A stretch of DNA of 64,000 bases, taken from an uncultured Gemmatimonadaceae bacterium. Its GTDB lineage: Bacteria > Gemmatimonadota > Gemmatimonadetes > Gemmatimonadales > Gemmatimonadaceae. The translations under genes were made by a program, and so were the position numbers. Positions 21,464 to 30,843 of the stretch are shown here, one piece after another (within the stretch, counting starts at the first letter, position 1; the number at the start of each line of letters is the position of its first letter). The notes below the pieces were generated by a model, which saw only the letters and a program-made list of their open reading frames with translations, was not told where the DNA came from and did no database searches. Location of the stretch: positions 128,001 to 192,000 of the forward strand of contig CAWFQK010000001.1 of the NCBI GenBank assembly GCA_963817955.1, read 5' to 3'.

Positions 21464-21929
21464 GACACGGGACACGAGACACGAGACACGAGACACGGGA
21501 CACGAGACACGGGACACGGGACACTCACAACTCACGACTCACAACTGGACACCCGAACCTCGCCGACCGGCGATAGTAGCCTGCATGCCAGGCGCCCTGG
21601 TGCGCATGACCTGTATACTGACAACTGACAACTCACCACTGACAACTCACCACTGATTACGCTACCCGCGACGGCCTGTCCTCCTGAGCGAAGGACCTGG
21701 GAGATCGGATTGGACTCCAGGTGTTGACCGGCGGGATGTCGCTGGCTGCTCCGTAGTGGTCGGCCCGCCGGTCGGCGAGTTTCGAGTGTCCAGTTGTGAG
21801 TTGTGCGTTGTGAGTGTCTCGTGTCCCGTGTCTCGTGTCCCTCGCCCGTGTCTCGTGTCTCGTGTCTCGTGTCTCGCGTCCCGTGTCTCGTGTCCCGTGT
21901 CCCGTGTCCCCGCCCGTGTCTCACACGCG
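21455..21929. repeat. Composite palindromic intergenic element, copy A
   Basis: Outer G(A/G)GACAC 7-mer arrays; inverted arms 21521-21572 / 21766-21817; core shared with copies B and C. Confidence 0.93.
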
Positions 21930-23135
21930 CCCGAGCCAGTCCCGGATGTGCTCGTACACATCAGCGCGGTGCAGCAGGTCGAGGTGACCGGCCCGGTAGG
22001 CAATCCAGCGGTAGTCGGGCTCGAACGGAAGAACGCGTTGTGGCTCCGCGTGCTCGCCGAGCGCGCTGCCTAACGGCACCAGCCCGTCGCCCCACCCACG
22101 TCCGCCGAAGCCGTCCGGACCGTGGCCTCGCGCGGCAGCGATGGTGTAGCATTCGACCCCCGCCGGCAGTGGGACGATGCCGCGCGTGTCGCCGGCGGGC
22201 GTGAAGCGATCTCGGCCCTGCCAGTCTTCATCGAGCAGATTCCCGTACCGTAGGTCGGTGATACCGGCGCTCCGCAGGCGACCCAGCCGAGCGAGCGGCG
22301 CGGCGTAGGGCACCTCCGCCAGTGCCGTCTCAAAGGCGTTTCCGGCGCGCTCCAACTGCGAGCCGTGGTGCGGCGTCGCCAGAAAGACGAGCTTGCGCAG
22401 CGTCGCCAGCCAGTCGTGCCCCGCCTGCGCCGCGTAGTGGCAGGCGCTGCGAGCGACCATCCCACCCATGCTGTGGCCCACCACCGCCAGCCGCTCCACC
22501 GGCACCGGCCAGGCCTGCACCAGCGCCTCGAGCAGCGCCGCACACTCCTGACCATTGCTGGAGATGTGTAGGCCCGTGTTGTAGTGCAGGTACAGCGGCG
22601 TGTAGCCCAGGTCGCGAGCCAGCGCCTGGCCATGGTCGCCGGTCCCATGCCAATCCCACTGCCGGTGGTTCATACACAGGCCATGGATGAGCACCACAAT
22701 CTGGTTCGTTGCGTCCGGCAGCGCGGCAGCCAGCGCAGCGCGCTCCAGTGACAACGGCTTACCTCCGTGACGCAGCACCATGGGGATCGCCAGGGCGTTG
22801 TTGGTTTCGGCCAGGTGGTCGCCGATGATCCCGTTCACCACCGCGCGCACTCTTGCGTCGCGCGGGTCATCAGTCAGCGTCACGCGCCGCTCGCCTATGT
22901 CCAGCTTCCGCAACAAGGCAACTGAGCCGCTCGTGACCAACCTGATGCTCTTGTAGGCGAGGCTTGTGATGCCCCGCGTGCGCCCCGGCTGGCGCTGACG
23001 TGGCGAGCCCAGGCCGGCGATGCGGGAGTGGACGTCTTCAACCACGTCCGTTATTTGCTCAACCGCCGTGGCGGCCACGAGCGCGGCCGCGATCGCGGTG
23101 TCGTAACTTCGGCTGCCTTGAGGAGATCGGTTCAC
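21921..23135 (-). CDS. PGAP1-like alpha/beta hydrolase (lipase/esterase)
   Basis: LIHGLCM, GHSMGG, TPHHGS, GDGLVP. Confidence 0.9.
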   Translation of the reverse strand: MNRSPQGSRSYDTAIAAALVAATAVEQITDVVEDVHSRIAGLGSPRQRQPGRTRGITSLAYKSIRLVTSGSVALLRKLDIGERRVTLTDDPRDARVRAVVNGIIGDHLAETNNALAIPMVLRHGGKPLSLERAALAAALPDATNQIVVLIHGLCMNHRQWDWHGTGDHGQALARDLGYTPLYLHYNTGLHISSNGQECAALLEALVQAWPVPVERLAVVGHSMGGMVARSACHYAAQAGHDWLATLRKLVFLATPHHGSQLERAGNAFETALAEVPYAAPLARLGRLRSAGITDLRYGNLLDEDWQGRDRFTPAGDTRGIVPLPAGVECYTIAAARGHGPDGFGGRGWGDGLVPLGSALGEHAEPQRVLPFEPDYRWIAYRAGHLDLLHRADVYEHIRDWLGRV

Positions 23136-23265
23136 GTGTAGTCGCGGCTGTCAGGATGGTGCCCGATTGTCGATTGCCGAACCAGCTCATCAACGTACTC
23201 CGCGGACCGGAACGCGGCCCGGGAACGAGAGCGCACTGACGATACAAAGTCGATCCACGAACATC

Positions 23266-24247
23266 ATGTCACAGCTTCTCACGTCGTACGGGTACGTCTT
23301 CCTCTCCTTGTTCGCCGCGCTGGGCGTGCTGGTCTTGCTCGGAATGCGCTGGTTCCACGCAAATCGCGAGCGCCTTGCCCTGTGGGTGACCGGCCGATGG
23401 CGGCGCGCCGCCACATCACCTCGATTCGCCTCAATCCGCGCCCGTCACCCGCGCTTGTGGACGTTCATCGGTGCGCGAATCGCCCAGGGGCGAGTACCTC
23501 GGGCTTCATCTCACCGTCGGGATTGTCATCAGCCTCGGCGCCATGTGGCTGTTCGGCGGCGTGACCGAGGACGTGATCCACCACGATCCATTGACGACAG
23601 TTGACCTCCAGGTGGCAGTCTGGTTCCGCGCGCACGCGACCCCACTCGGCGACTCGGTGGGCGTCTTCTTCAGTACCATCGGCTCACCGGTCGGTATGGC
23701 AGTGCTGGCAGTCTCTGTCGCCATTGTGCTCGCGTACAGGCGCTGGTGGATCACACTCGCCGGCTGGGTGGCCGCATTTACTGGTGCAGGCGTTCTGGGG
23801 TTGGCGATCAAGCTCATCATTCACCGCCCGAGGCCGGAGGGCGCCGTACACTTCCTCCATGACACGTCGTTCAGCTTCCCGAGTGGCCACGCGCTGGGAT
23901 CGCTCGTGGGTTTCGGGATGCTCGCGTATCTGCTCGTCGCCTACTGGCCGCCGGCGCGACAGCACCGGGTACTCGTCAGCCTCTTGGCCGTCCTGCTCGT
24001 GTTGGCCATCGGCCTCTCGCGGCTCTATCTGGCCGTGCACTACCTGAGCGACGTCGTGGCCGGGTACGCGGCAGGGCTGGTCTGGTTGGCCGCCTGCATA
24101 ACGGGCGTGGACATCGCACTGGGCCAGCGCGGACTCGACCCATGGATGGTAGGCGTCGAGCGACGAAGCACCCCGCGCGCGGCACTCGAGGGACTCGACG
24201 CTGCCTCGCGACCCTCCGATCGAGGCAACGGGGAACGCCCGTCCTAG
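23266..24247 (+). pseudogene. PAP2-family phosphatase, frameshifted near 23485; N-terminus looks like a deleted DedA domain
   Basis: KLIIHRPRP, SFPSGH, SRLYLAVHYLSD; upstream frame MSQLLTSYGYVFL...ARIA joins GEYLGLHLT across GCCCAGGGG. Confidence 0.82.
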
Positions 24248-24287
24248 CGCACTCAGAGGGTGCTCGCCTTGCTTTGGGCCGGGATGG

Positions 24288-25067
24288 ATGTCGCGAACGC
24301 CTTATGCTAATGTGCCGGTCCGCCGACACTGCCTACTCACCGCAACCACGGGCCGGCACCGGGGTCACAGAGGGTGGGCCTTCGGGCCATGCGTTTCCAC
24401 GGCTCGTCCGGGCCCAACCATTCATCCATCCGGCATTCCCATCAGACGGCTAGGCTTTTTCGTCCCGCTCGCTTTGGCGTGTGCTTCGTTGGCAAGGGCG
24501 CAGTCGGTTCCGGTCCGGGTGTTTCAGTCGCTCCCTGGCAGCTCACTGGTCATCAGCGGCTCTACGACGATCGGCACCGCGTGGCATTGCGGATCCACAG
24601 ACGTGCTCTCGTTCGCTGAGGCGTCTGGGCGCCCCCCGGACGATCATGGCGCCCTGCCGCGCATTCGCACTGTGACCATTAGCGTTCCCGTATCAGGGCT
24701 GCATTGCCAGAGCGGGCGGATGGATCGTGCCATGCAACGGGCGCTGAAGGCCGACCGCGACACCGCGGCGCGCGTGATCCTCGGCTATTTCGAGTATCGT
24801 GACGCCGCGCCAAGATCACCAGCGGGCGAAGTGACTCTGGCCGGCACGCTTCGCGTCGCCGGCATCCAGCAACCTGTCGTCTTGCGCTCTATCGTCACAG
24901 AGAGCCCCGAGGGAGTCATCTCGGTGCACAGCGAGGTGCCGTTATCGCTGACGAACTTCGGGATTGTGCCGCCGAGTTATCTGTACGGCGCCGCGCGCGC
25001 ACGCGACGCGATCACCGTCAAGGTTGACCTGCGGTACCCTTCGGCCAATAGGCATTCCGGGCCGTAG
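24288..25067 (+). CDS. YceI-like exported protein (true start uncertain)
   Basis: Signal-like LALACASLARAQ, SSLVISGSTT, MDRAMQRALKA, GTLRVAG, FGIVPP. Confidence 0.7.
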   Translation: MSRTPYANVPVRRHCLLTATTGRHRGHRGWAFGPCVSTARPGPTIHPSGIPIRRLGFFVPLALACASLARAQSVPVRVFQSLPGSSLVISGSTTIGTAWHCGSTDVLSFAEASGRPPDDHGALPRIRTVTISVPVSGLHCQSGRMDRAMQRALKADRDTAARVILGYFEYRDAAPRSPAGEVTLAGTLRVAGIQQPVVLRSIVTESPEGVISVHSEVPLSLTNFGIVPPSYLYGAARARDAITVKVDLRYPSANRHSGP

Positions 25068-25072
25068 TGTTG

Positions 25073-25433
25073 GCGAGACACGCGACACGCGTGTGGGACA
25101 CTCACAACGCACAACTCACAACTGGACACTCGAACCTCGCCGACCGGTGGGCCGACCGCTACGGAGCAGCCAGCGACATCCAGCCGGTCAACACCCGGAG
25201 GCCAATCCGATCTCCCAGGTCCTTCGCTCAGGAGGACAGGCCGTCGCGGGTACTGTGATCAGTGGTGAGTTGTCAGTGGTGAGTTGTGAGTGTACGCGTA
25301 TGCGCACCAGGGCGCCTGGTTCGCAGGCCACGGCCGCCGGTCGGCGAGGTTCGGGTGTCCAGTTGTGAGTCGTGAGTTGTGAGTTTCTCGTGTCCCGTTT
25401 CCCGTGCCCCATATCCCGTTCTCCCGTTACCCG
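25073..25433. repeat. Composite palindromic intergenic element, copy B (reverse orientation to A)
   Basis: Core is the reverse complement of copy A; same ACTCACAACTGGACAC-CGAACCTCGCCGACCGG arms. Confidence 0.93.
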
Positions 25434-25793
25434 CTGCCGCCCCCAACTCGCCGCCCGTACGCGACGAACGCCAGCAGCACTCCGACTGCTGCTGGAAGCA
25501 ACGCGGCGCGTCGTGGCGCCAGTGGCCAGCGTAGCGCCTATCGCGCCGGACATTATCATCATGAGACCAAGGGCGGCCAAGGGCGTCAGGTACGGACGGA
25601 TGCCGGTCAGCCCTGGCAAGACCAGGCCGAGTGCGCCGGCAATCTCGGCGACTGCAACGAACCGCAGCAACAAGCCTGGCACCGGGATCTGTTTCGTGAT
25701 CGCCGCGATCGGCATGACGAGTTTCGCTCCGCCCGCGAACAGGAAGAGCGCCGCGAGGACTGCCTGGAGCATCCAGAGGAGGCGGTTGCGCAT
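25427..25793 (-). pseudogene. DoxX-family membrane protein, frameshifted near 25508
   Basis: LWMLQAVLAALFLFAGGAKL...AEIAGALGLVLP...LTPLAA; skipping one base restores AALLPAAVGVLLAFVAYGRR...TAA (25427-25429). Confidence 0.82.
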
Positions 25794-26029
25794 GGCCGAG
25801 AGCCTTTTCACAGAATGAGAATGCTTCCGGACGCCAAATCCTATCGCCCGAGCTGAACTGTGGCCAGCGAGACAGAGATTCGCGTATCGTGCACACCCGA
25901 GGGAGCAAATCCAGGGCCCGAGACAGGCCCTGGTGGGTATCAAGAAAACGTTCGTCCGCTTGCTTGGGCCGCCGTCATGCCCGCATACTGCGAGTTCCAA
26001 CTTCCATCCCGCCGCCAGGATCATCCCGA

Positions 26030-29000
26030 ATGATGCGCGCGTTCTCTCTCTTCAAGCCATCCACTGGCCTGCTGCTCGCCAGTGGTCTCCTGTTCGTCCC
26101 CGCACCCACACCTCAGGCACCAGTCGATCCGGGGCTCTATTCCGCACTCGTCTGGCGCAACGTTGGCCCGTTCCGCGGCGGCCGCGTAGCCGCCGTCACG
26201 GGCGTCATTGGTCAGCCGGGAGTGTTCTACGCCGGCCTCCCCGCCGCCGGCGTGTGGAAGACGACCAGTGCTGGAACGACCTGGTTCCCGGTTTTCGACT
26301 CGGTCAAGGACGTGTCGTCCATCGGCGCGATCGAAGTGGCGCCGTCGGATCCGAACGTCATCTACGCCGGCACGGGCGATATCGTCACCGGCGGTGCGAT
26401 CAACGAAGGCAATGGCGTCTATAAATCGATCGATGCCGGAAAGACCTGGCAGCACATCGGCCTCGACGCCACGAAGCAGATTCCGTCGATCCTGGTCGAT
26501 CCACGAGATCCCAACATCGTGATGATCGCCGCCCAGGGCGACATCCATCAGAAGAGCGATGCACGCGGCGTGTTTCGCAGCACCGATGGCGGAAAGACGT
26601 GGACGAAGACGCTCTACGTAGACGACGAGACGGGCCTACAAAAGCTCGCCCGTGCGTACGACGTACCGGACGTCGTCTTTGCGACCACGGTGCGGCACTA
26701 CAACGCGCCCGGCGGGACGGCTCCGCGCGGGGGACCACAAGCGGCTGGCCCAACAGGTACGGCGCTCTACAAGTCCACGGATGGCGGCGTCACCTGGCAC
26801 GAAGTTACCGGAGGCGGATTGCCCCGGCTCGTCAGCCGCACCTCGGTTGCCGTTGCCATGCACACGAATGCGCAACGGGTCTTCCTCATCGGCAGCTTCG
26901 GTCTCTACCGCTCTGACGATGGCGGCACCACGTGGCGCCAGATGGATCCCTCGGACCGGCGCATCGCCAACGGTCAGGGCGGCTACAACTGCGGCGTCTA
27001 TGTCGATCCGCAGAACCCGGACGTCGTCTACACGATCAACACGTCGAGCTACAAGTCCACCGATGGTGGCAACACCTTCACTGGATTCAAGGGCGCGCCC
27101 GGCGGTGACGACCCGCAGCAGATGTGGATCGATCCGACGAACGGTCAGCGCATGTTCCTCGGACTCGACCAGGGGGCAACGATCACGCTCGACGGCGGCC
27201 AGGCGTGGAGCCCATGGTACAACCAATCCACGGAACAGATCTATCACTTCGCCACCGACAACTCTTTTCCGTACTGGGTCTACGCCACGCAGCAGGACGC
27301 GGGCGCCATCGCCACGCGCAGTCGCGGCAACCTCGGCGAGATCACGCCGCTCGATTGGAAGCCGGTGCCAGGGTGGGAGTGGGGTACCATCGTTCCCGAT
27401 CCGCTCGACCCCAACACGGTCTACGCCAGCGGCTCGGGCATCGTGAAGATCAGCTATCCCGACGAACAGTGGATCAGCGTCAGCCCCGCTTCCGATCCAG
27501 CACTCAAGCTCCGCACGGCTTTCTCGCAGCCCCTGGCGTGGGCTCCGTGGAACCAGCACGAACTGCTCGCGGGCTTCCAGTACCTCATGGGGACCACCGA
27601 TGGCGGGGTACACTGGACGAAGATGAGCCCCGATCTCGGTGTTTCGAAAACGCTCACGGCAGCTCTACCAGCGCGCGCCGGCGCAACCCAATTCCCGGCT
27701 CCGCCGGGCGGCGCCATCGAAACGATCTCGGCGTCGAGTGCCGCGCAGGGCGTCATCTGGGTCGGTACGAACAATGGCATCATTCAGGTCACACGCGACA
27801 ACGGCAAGACCTGGTCGGAGGTCAGCATTCCTGGTCTGCCGAACGCCTCGCGCGCACTCGTCTCCACCGTCGAGGCATCGCACACCGACGCGGCGACGGC
27901 GTACGCCGCCGTCGATCTGCACGGCGTCGGCGACTACACACCGTACGTCTACCGTACGCGGGATTACGGCAAGACCTGGACGCCGATCGTCACCGGCCTT
28001 GCAACGAATCAGCCGGGCGGCAGCTTCGCGCGCGTCATCCGAGCCGACTCCAAGCGGCCAGGCTTGTTGTTCGCCGGCACGGAGAGCGCCATGTACGTGT
28101 CGTTCGACGACGGCGATCACTGGCAGTCGCTGATGCTCAATCTGCCGACGACGTCGTATCGCGATATCGCGATCAAGGGCAACGATCTCGTCGTCTGCAC
28201 CTACGGCCGCGGCATCTGGATTCTCGATGACTACGCGGTACTGCGACAGCTGACCCCGGCCGTCGCCAGTGAACCGGCGCACCTGTTCAAGCCCGACGAC
28301 GCGGTCCGCGTCCGCCGTAACGTGAACGCCGATACGCCATTTCCGCCGGAAGTGCCGCACGCGCTCAACCCACCGGACGGCGCGATCATCTACTACTCGC
28401 TGTCATCAAAGCCGGCCGGCGACATTTCGCTCGACGTGCTCGACGCGTCTGGCGCCGTGGTGCGCCACCTGTCGAGCGCGCCGATCATACCCGTCGCCGA
28501 AGCGGCGCAACCACCGGAGCCGAACTTCTGGTTGCTCGTACAAACACCCATGCCGACCAATGTCGGCATGAACCGAATCAACTGGGACATTCGTTACGAT
28601 GCGCCCCCGGCGTTCAGCCACAGCTTCGAGATCAATGCGAATCCCGGGTTGACGCCAGCATCGCCAGAAGGACCGATGGCGCCGCCGGGCAGGTACACGG
28701 TGAAGCTGACCGTGAACGGCAAGAGCTACTCGCAGGCGCTCACCGTGAAGAACGATCCGCGTTCAAACGTCGTTCCTGCGGCACTCGGGAGCCAGCACGT
28801 CTTACTCGCGCAACTCGCTCACGGCACCGAGAGCGCGTGGGCCGGCAACCACCAGGTCGGTGCGCTCCGTTCAGCGATCCAGAAATCGGCCGGCGCTGGT
28901 CCGCCCGCCGAAATCGCATCCGCAGTCGCCGCAGTCACGGCCAAGCTCGATACGATCGGCGGAGGTGTTGGGGGCGGACGTGGCGGTGGCGGTGGCGGAC

Positions 29001-29266
29001 GTGGTCGCGGGGCCACCGCGCCGCCGAACTTCGCCGCGCTGAATGGCGATTTCGTTCGTCAGTTGAACGCGCAGGACAACGCCGACATGGCCCCGACACC
29101 GGCCATGCTCGCTGCAGCCTCGGCGGCATGCGCCGAGCTGCATACAGCAGCACAGAATTGGAAGGGCGTCGTGGCGAAGGATCTGCCTGCGCTCAACGCG
29201 GTGCTCACCAAGAATGGTCGCGCAGCGGTGCCGGTCCCGGTGGTCGGAGCTCTGGACTGCAAGTAG
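26030..29266 (+). CDS. VPS10/BNR-repeat beta-propeller glycosyl hydrolase-like protein
   Basis: WRNVGPFRGGRV, many SxDGGxTW Asp-boxes, TYGRGIWILDD; signal peptide. Confidence 0.93.
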   Translation: MMRAFSLFKPSTGLLLASGLLFVPAPTPQAPVDPGLYSALVWRNVGPFRGGRVAAVTGVIGQPGVFYAGLPAAGVWKTTSAGTTWFPVFDSVKDVSSIGAIEVAPSDPNVIYAGTGDIVTGGAINEGNGVYKSIDAGKTWQHIGLDATKQIPSILVDPRDPNIVMIAAQGDIHQKSDARGVFRSTDGGKTWTKTLYVDDETGLQKLARAYDVPDVVFATTVRHYNAPGGTAPRGGPQAAGPTGTALYKSTDGGVTWHEVTGGGLPRLVSRTSVAVAMHTNAQRVFLIGSFGLYRSDDGGTTWRQMDPSDRRIANGQGGYNCGVYVDPQNPDVVYTINTSSYKSTDGGNTFTGFKGAPGGDDPQQMWIDPTNGQRMFLGLDQGATITLDGGQAWSPWYNQSTEQIYHFATDNSFPYWVYATQQDAGAIATRSRGNLGEITPLDWKPVPGWEWGTIVPDPLDPNTVYASGSGIVKISYPDEQWISVSPASDPALKLRTAFSQPLAWAPWNQHELLAGFQYLMGTTDGGVHWTKMSPDLGVSKTLTAALPARAGATQFPAPPGGAIETISASSAAQGVIWVGTNNGIIQVTRDNGKTWSEVSIPGLPNASRALVSTVEASHTDAATAYAAVDLHGVGDYTPYVYRTRDYGKTWTPIVTGLATNQPGGSFARVIRADSKRPGLLFAGTESAMYVSFDDGDHWQSLMLNLPTTSYRDIAIKGNDLVVCTYGRGIWILDDYAVLRQLTPAVASEPAHLFKPDDAVRVRRNVNADTPFPPEVPHALNPPDGAIIYYSLSSKPAGDISLDVLDASGAVVRHLSSAPIIPVAEAAQPPEPNFWLLVQTPMPTNVGMNRINWDIRYDAPPAFSHSFEINANPGLTPASPEGPMAPPGRYTVKLTVNGKSYSQALTVKNDPRSNVVPAALGSQHVLLAQLAHGTESAWAGNHQVGALRSAIQKSAGAGPPAEIASAVAAVTAKLDTIGGGVGGGRGGGGGGRGRGATAPPNFAALNGDFVRQLNAQDNADMAPTPAMLAAASAACAELHTAAQNWKGVVAKDLPALNAVLTKNGRAAVPVPVVGALDCK

Positions 29267-29289
29267 GGCTTCAGGGTGCAGGACAAGTA

Positions 29290-29324
29290 CGCAGCCGGCG
29301 CTTTGCGCCGGCTGCGCTTGTTTG
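29290..29324 (+). terminator. Probable intrinsic terminator
   Basis: CGCAGCCGGCGC-TTT-GCGCCGGCTGCG followed by CTTGTTTG. Confidence 0.6.
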
Positions 29325-29373
29325 AGGACCTCGCACTACCATCCCCCCGCCCCGACCAACGATCTTTCAGGGG

Positions 29374-30843
29374 ATGTCAAACGACGGAACCGAGCGACTC
29401 GCCGCACAAGTGCTTCGAGCCCGCGCGCAGGCGCGCGCTACCGGGCGCGGCGTGCTCGTGAGCGTTACGGAACAGGTCGCCGTTATCGACCCGTTCGACG
29501 CACTCGAGGCGCTCGCCAATGCTCCAGAGTTGCCAGCATCGGACCGCATGTATTGGACGCGTCCGGCTGACGCGTTCGCCATTGCCGGCGCCGGATCAGC
29601 GGCCACGCTCGAGCCCGCAGGCGCCGGTCGATTTGCGCTTGTGGACCGGGAGTGGGCGGCGTGGATGGACGATGCGATCATCGACGATCCATCGGGCGGC
29701 ATCGCCGGAGTCGGCCCGACGCTCATGGGAGGTTTCGCGTTCGATCCGGATGGTCCGTCCACCACTCGATGGCGCGATTTCCCGAGCACGCTCGTTACGC
29801 TGCCATGCCTTCAGATCACGGCAGCCGCCGAGGAATGTTGGCTCACGATGAACGTGATGGTGGCGCCCGACGGCAGCACCAACCCTAGCCCTAGCACCAT
29901 CTTGCAGATGGCGGCGCGGGCAATGGACATGGCTACCGAGCCCCGACCAGCCCCGAAGCCGAGCGTCGATGCCATCGCCTTCACCGACGAGCGTCCCGCC
30001 GCCGAGTGGCGCGCGCTCGTGGCGACGGCGGTGGCGGCGATTCATGCCGGTGACCTCGAGAAAGTCGTGCTCGCCCGTGAGGTGATCGCGGCTGCGCCAC
30101 GCGAGCTCGATGTAAACGCGATGGTGCGACATCTGCGCGCTGCGCACCACGGGTCGTACGTGTTCGCGATCTGGCATCGCGACAGCGTATTCATTGGCGC
30201 CAGTCCGGAACGTCTCGTCCGGCTCGACGGGCGCGACGTGCACACGAGCAGCCTGGCCGGTTCGATCGCCCGCGGCGAGACGCCAGAGGAGGATGCCGCG
30301 AACGTCGCCGCGCTGATGGCGAGCGACAAGGACCGTGAGGAACACGAGGTTGTGCGCCGCACGCTGCGCGACGCGCTGTCGGAGGTGTGCGATCAGGTCT
30401 CGGCGGCCGATGAGCCGTCGCTGCTCTCTCTGGCGCACGTACATCACCTGTTTACGCCCGTACACGCGCGCCTCCGCGTCGGACAGTCGCTGCTCCAACT
30501 CGTCGAGCGTCTCCATCCTACCCCTGCGGTTGGCGGCGCACCGCGCGACGCCGCGCTCGGGTTCATTCGTCTGCACGAGCAGTTGGACCGCGGTTGGTAC
30601 GCGGCGCCAATCGGCTGGATGCAACGCGGACGCGGCGAGTTCGCCGTCGCCCTGCGATCGGCGCTCGTGCGAGGAGATGCAGCGTCGATGTTCGCCGGAT
30701 GCGGCGTGGTCGCGGACTCCGAGCCGGAGCGCGAATATGCGGAAACGCTCATCAAGCTCACGCCCATGGAGGCGGCGCTCGCCGCGGCGCTCGGCCACGA
30801 GGCGACTGCATCCGCCGGCGCCGCCCTCGAGGACACGCCGTGA
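29374..30843 (+). CDS. menF: Isochorismate synthase
   Basis: KVVLAR, GASPERL, LHPTPAVGG, RGWYA, FAGCGVV; first gene of the men cluster. Confidence 0.93.
   Translation: MSNDGTERLAAQVLRARAQARATGRGVLVSVTEQVAVIDPFDALEALANAPELPASDRMYWTRPADAFAIAGAGSAATLEPAGAGRFALVDREWAAWMDDAIIDDPSGGIAGVGPTLMGGFAFDPDGPSTTRWRDFPSTLVTLPCLQITAAAEECWLTMNVMVAPDGSTNPSPSTILQMAARAMDMATEPRPAPKPSVDAIAFTDERPAAEWRALVATAVAAIHAGDLEKVVLAREVIAAAPRELDVNAMVRHLRAAHHGSYVFAIWHRDSVFIGASPERLVRLDGRDVHTSSLAGSIARGETPEEDAANVAALMASDKDREEHEVVRRTLRDALSEVCDQVSAADEPSLLSLAHVHHLFTPVHARLRVGQSLLQLVERLHPTPAVGGAPRDAALGFIRLHEQLDRGWYAAPIGWMQRGRGEFAVALRSALVRGDAASMFAGCGVVADSEPEREYAETLIKLTPMEAALAAALGHEATASAGAALEDTP

Noticed and set aside
21532..22204. ORFs with RDTRH / VSRVSC repeats
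   Set aside because: These are translations of the 7-bp arrays in the palindromic element, not credible proteins.
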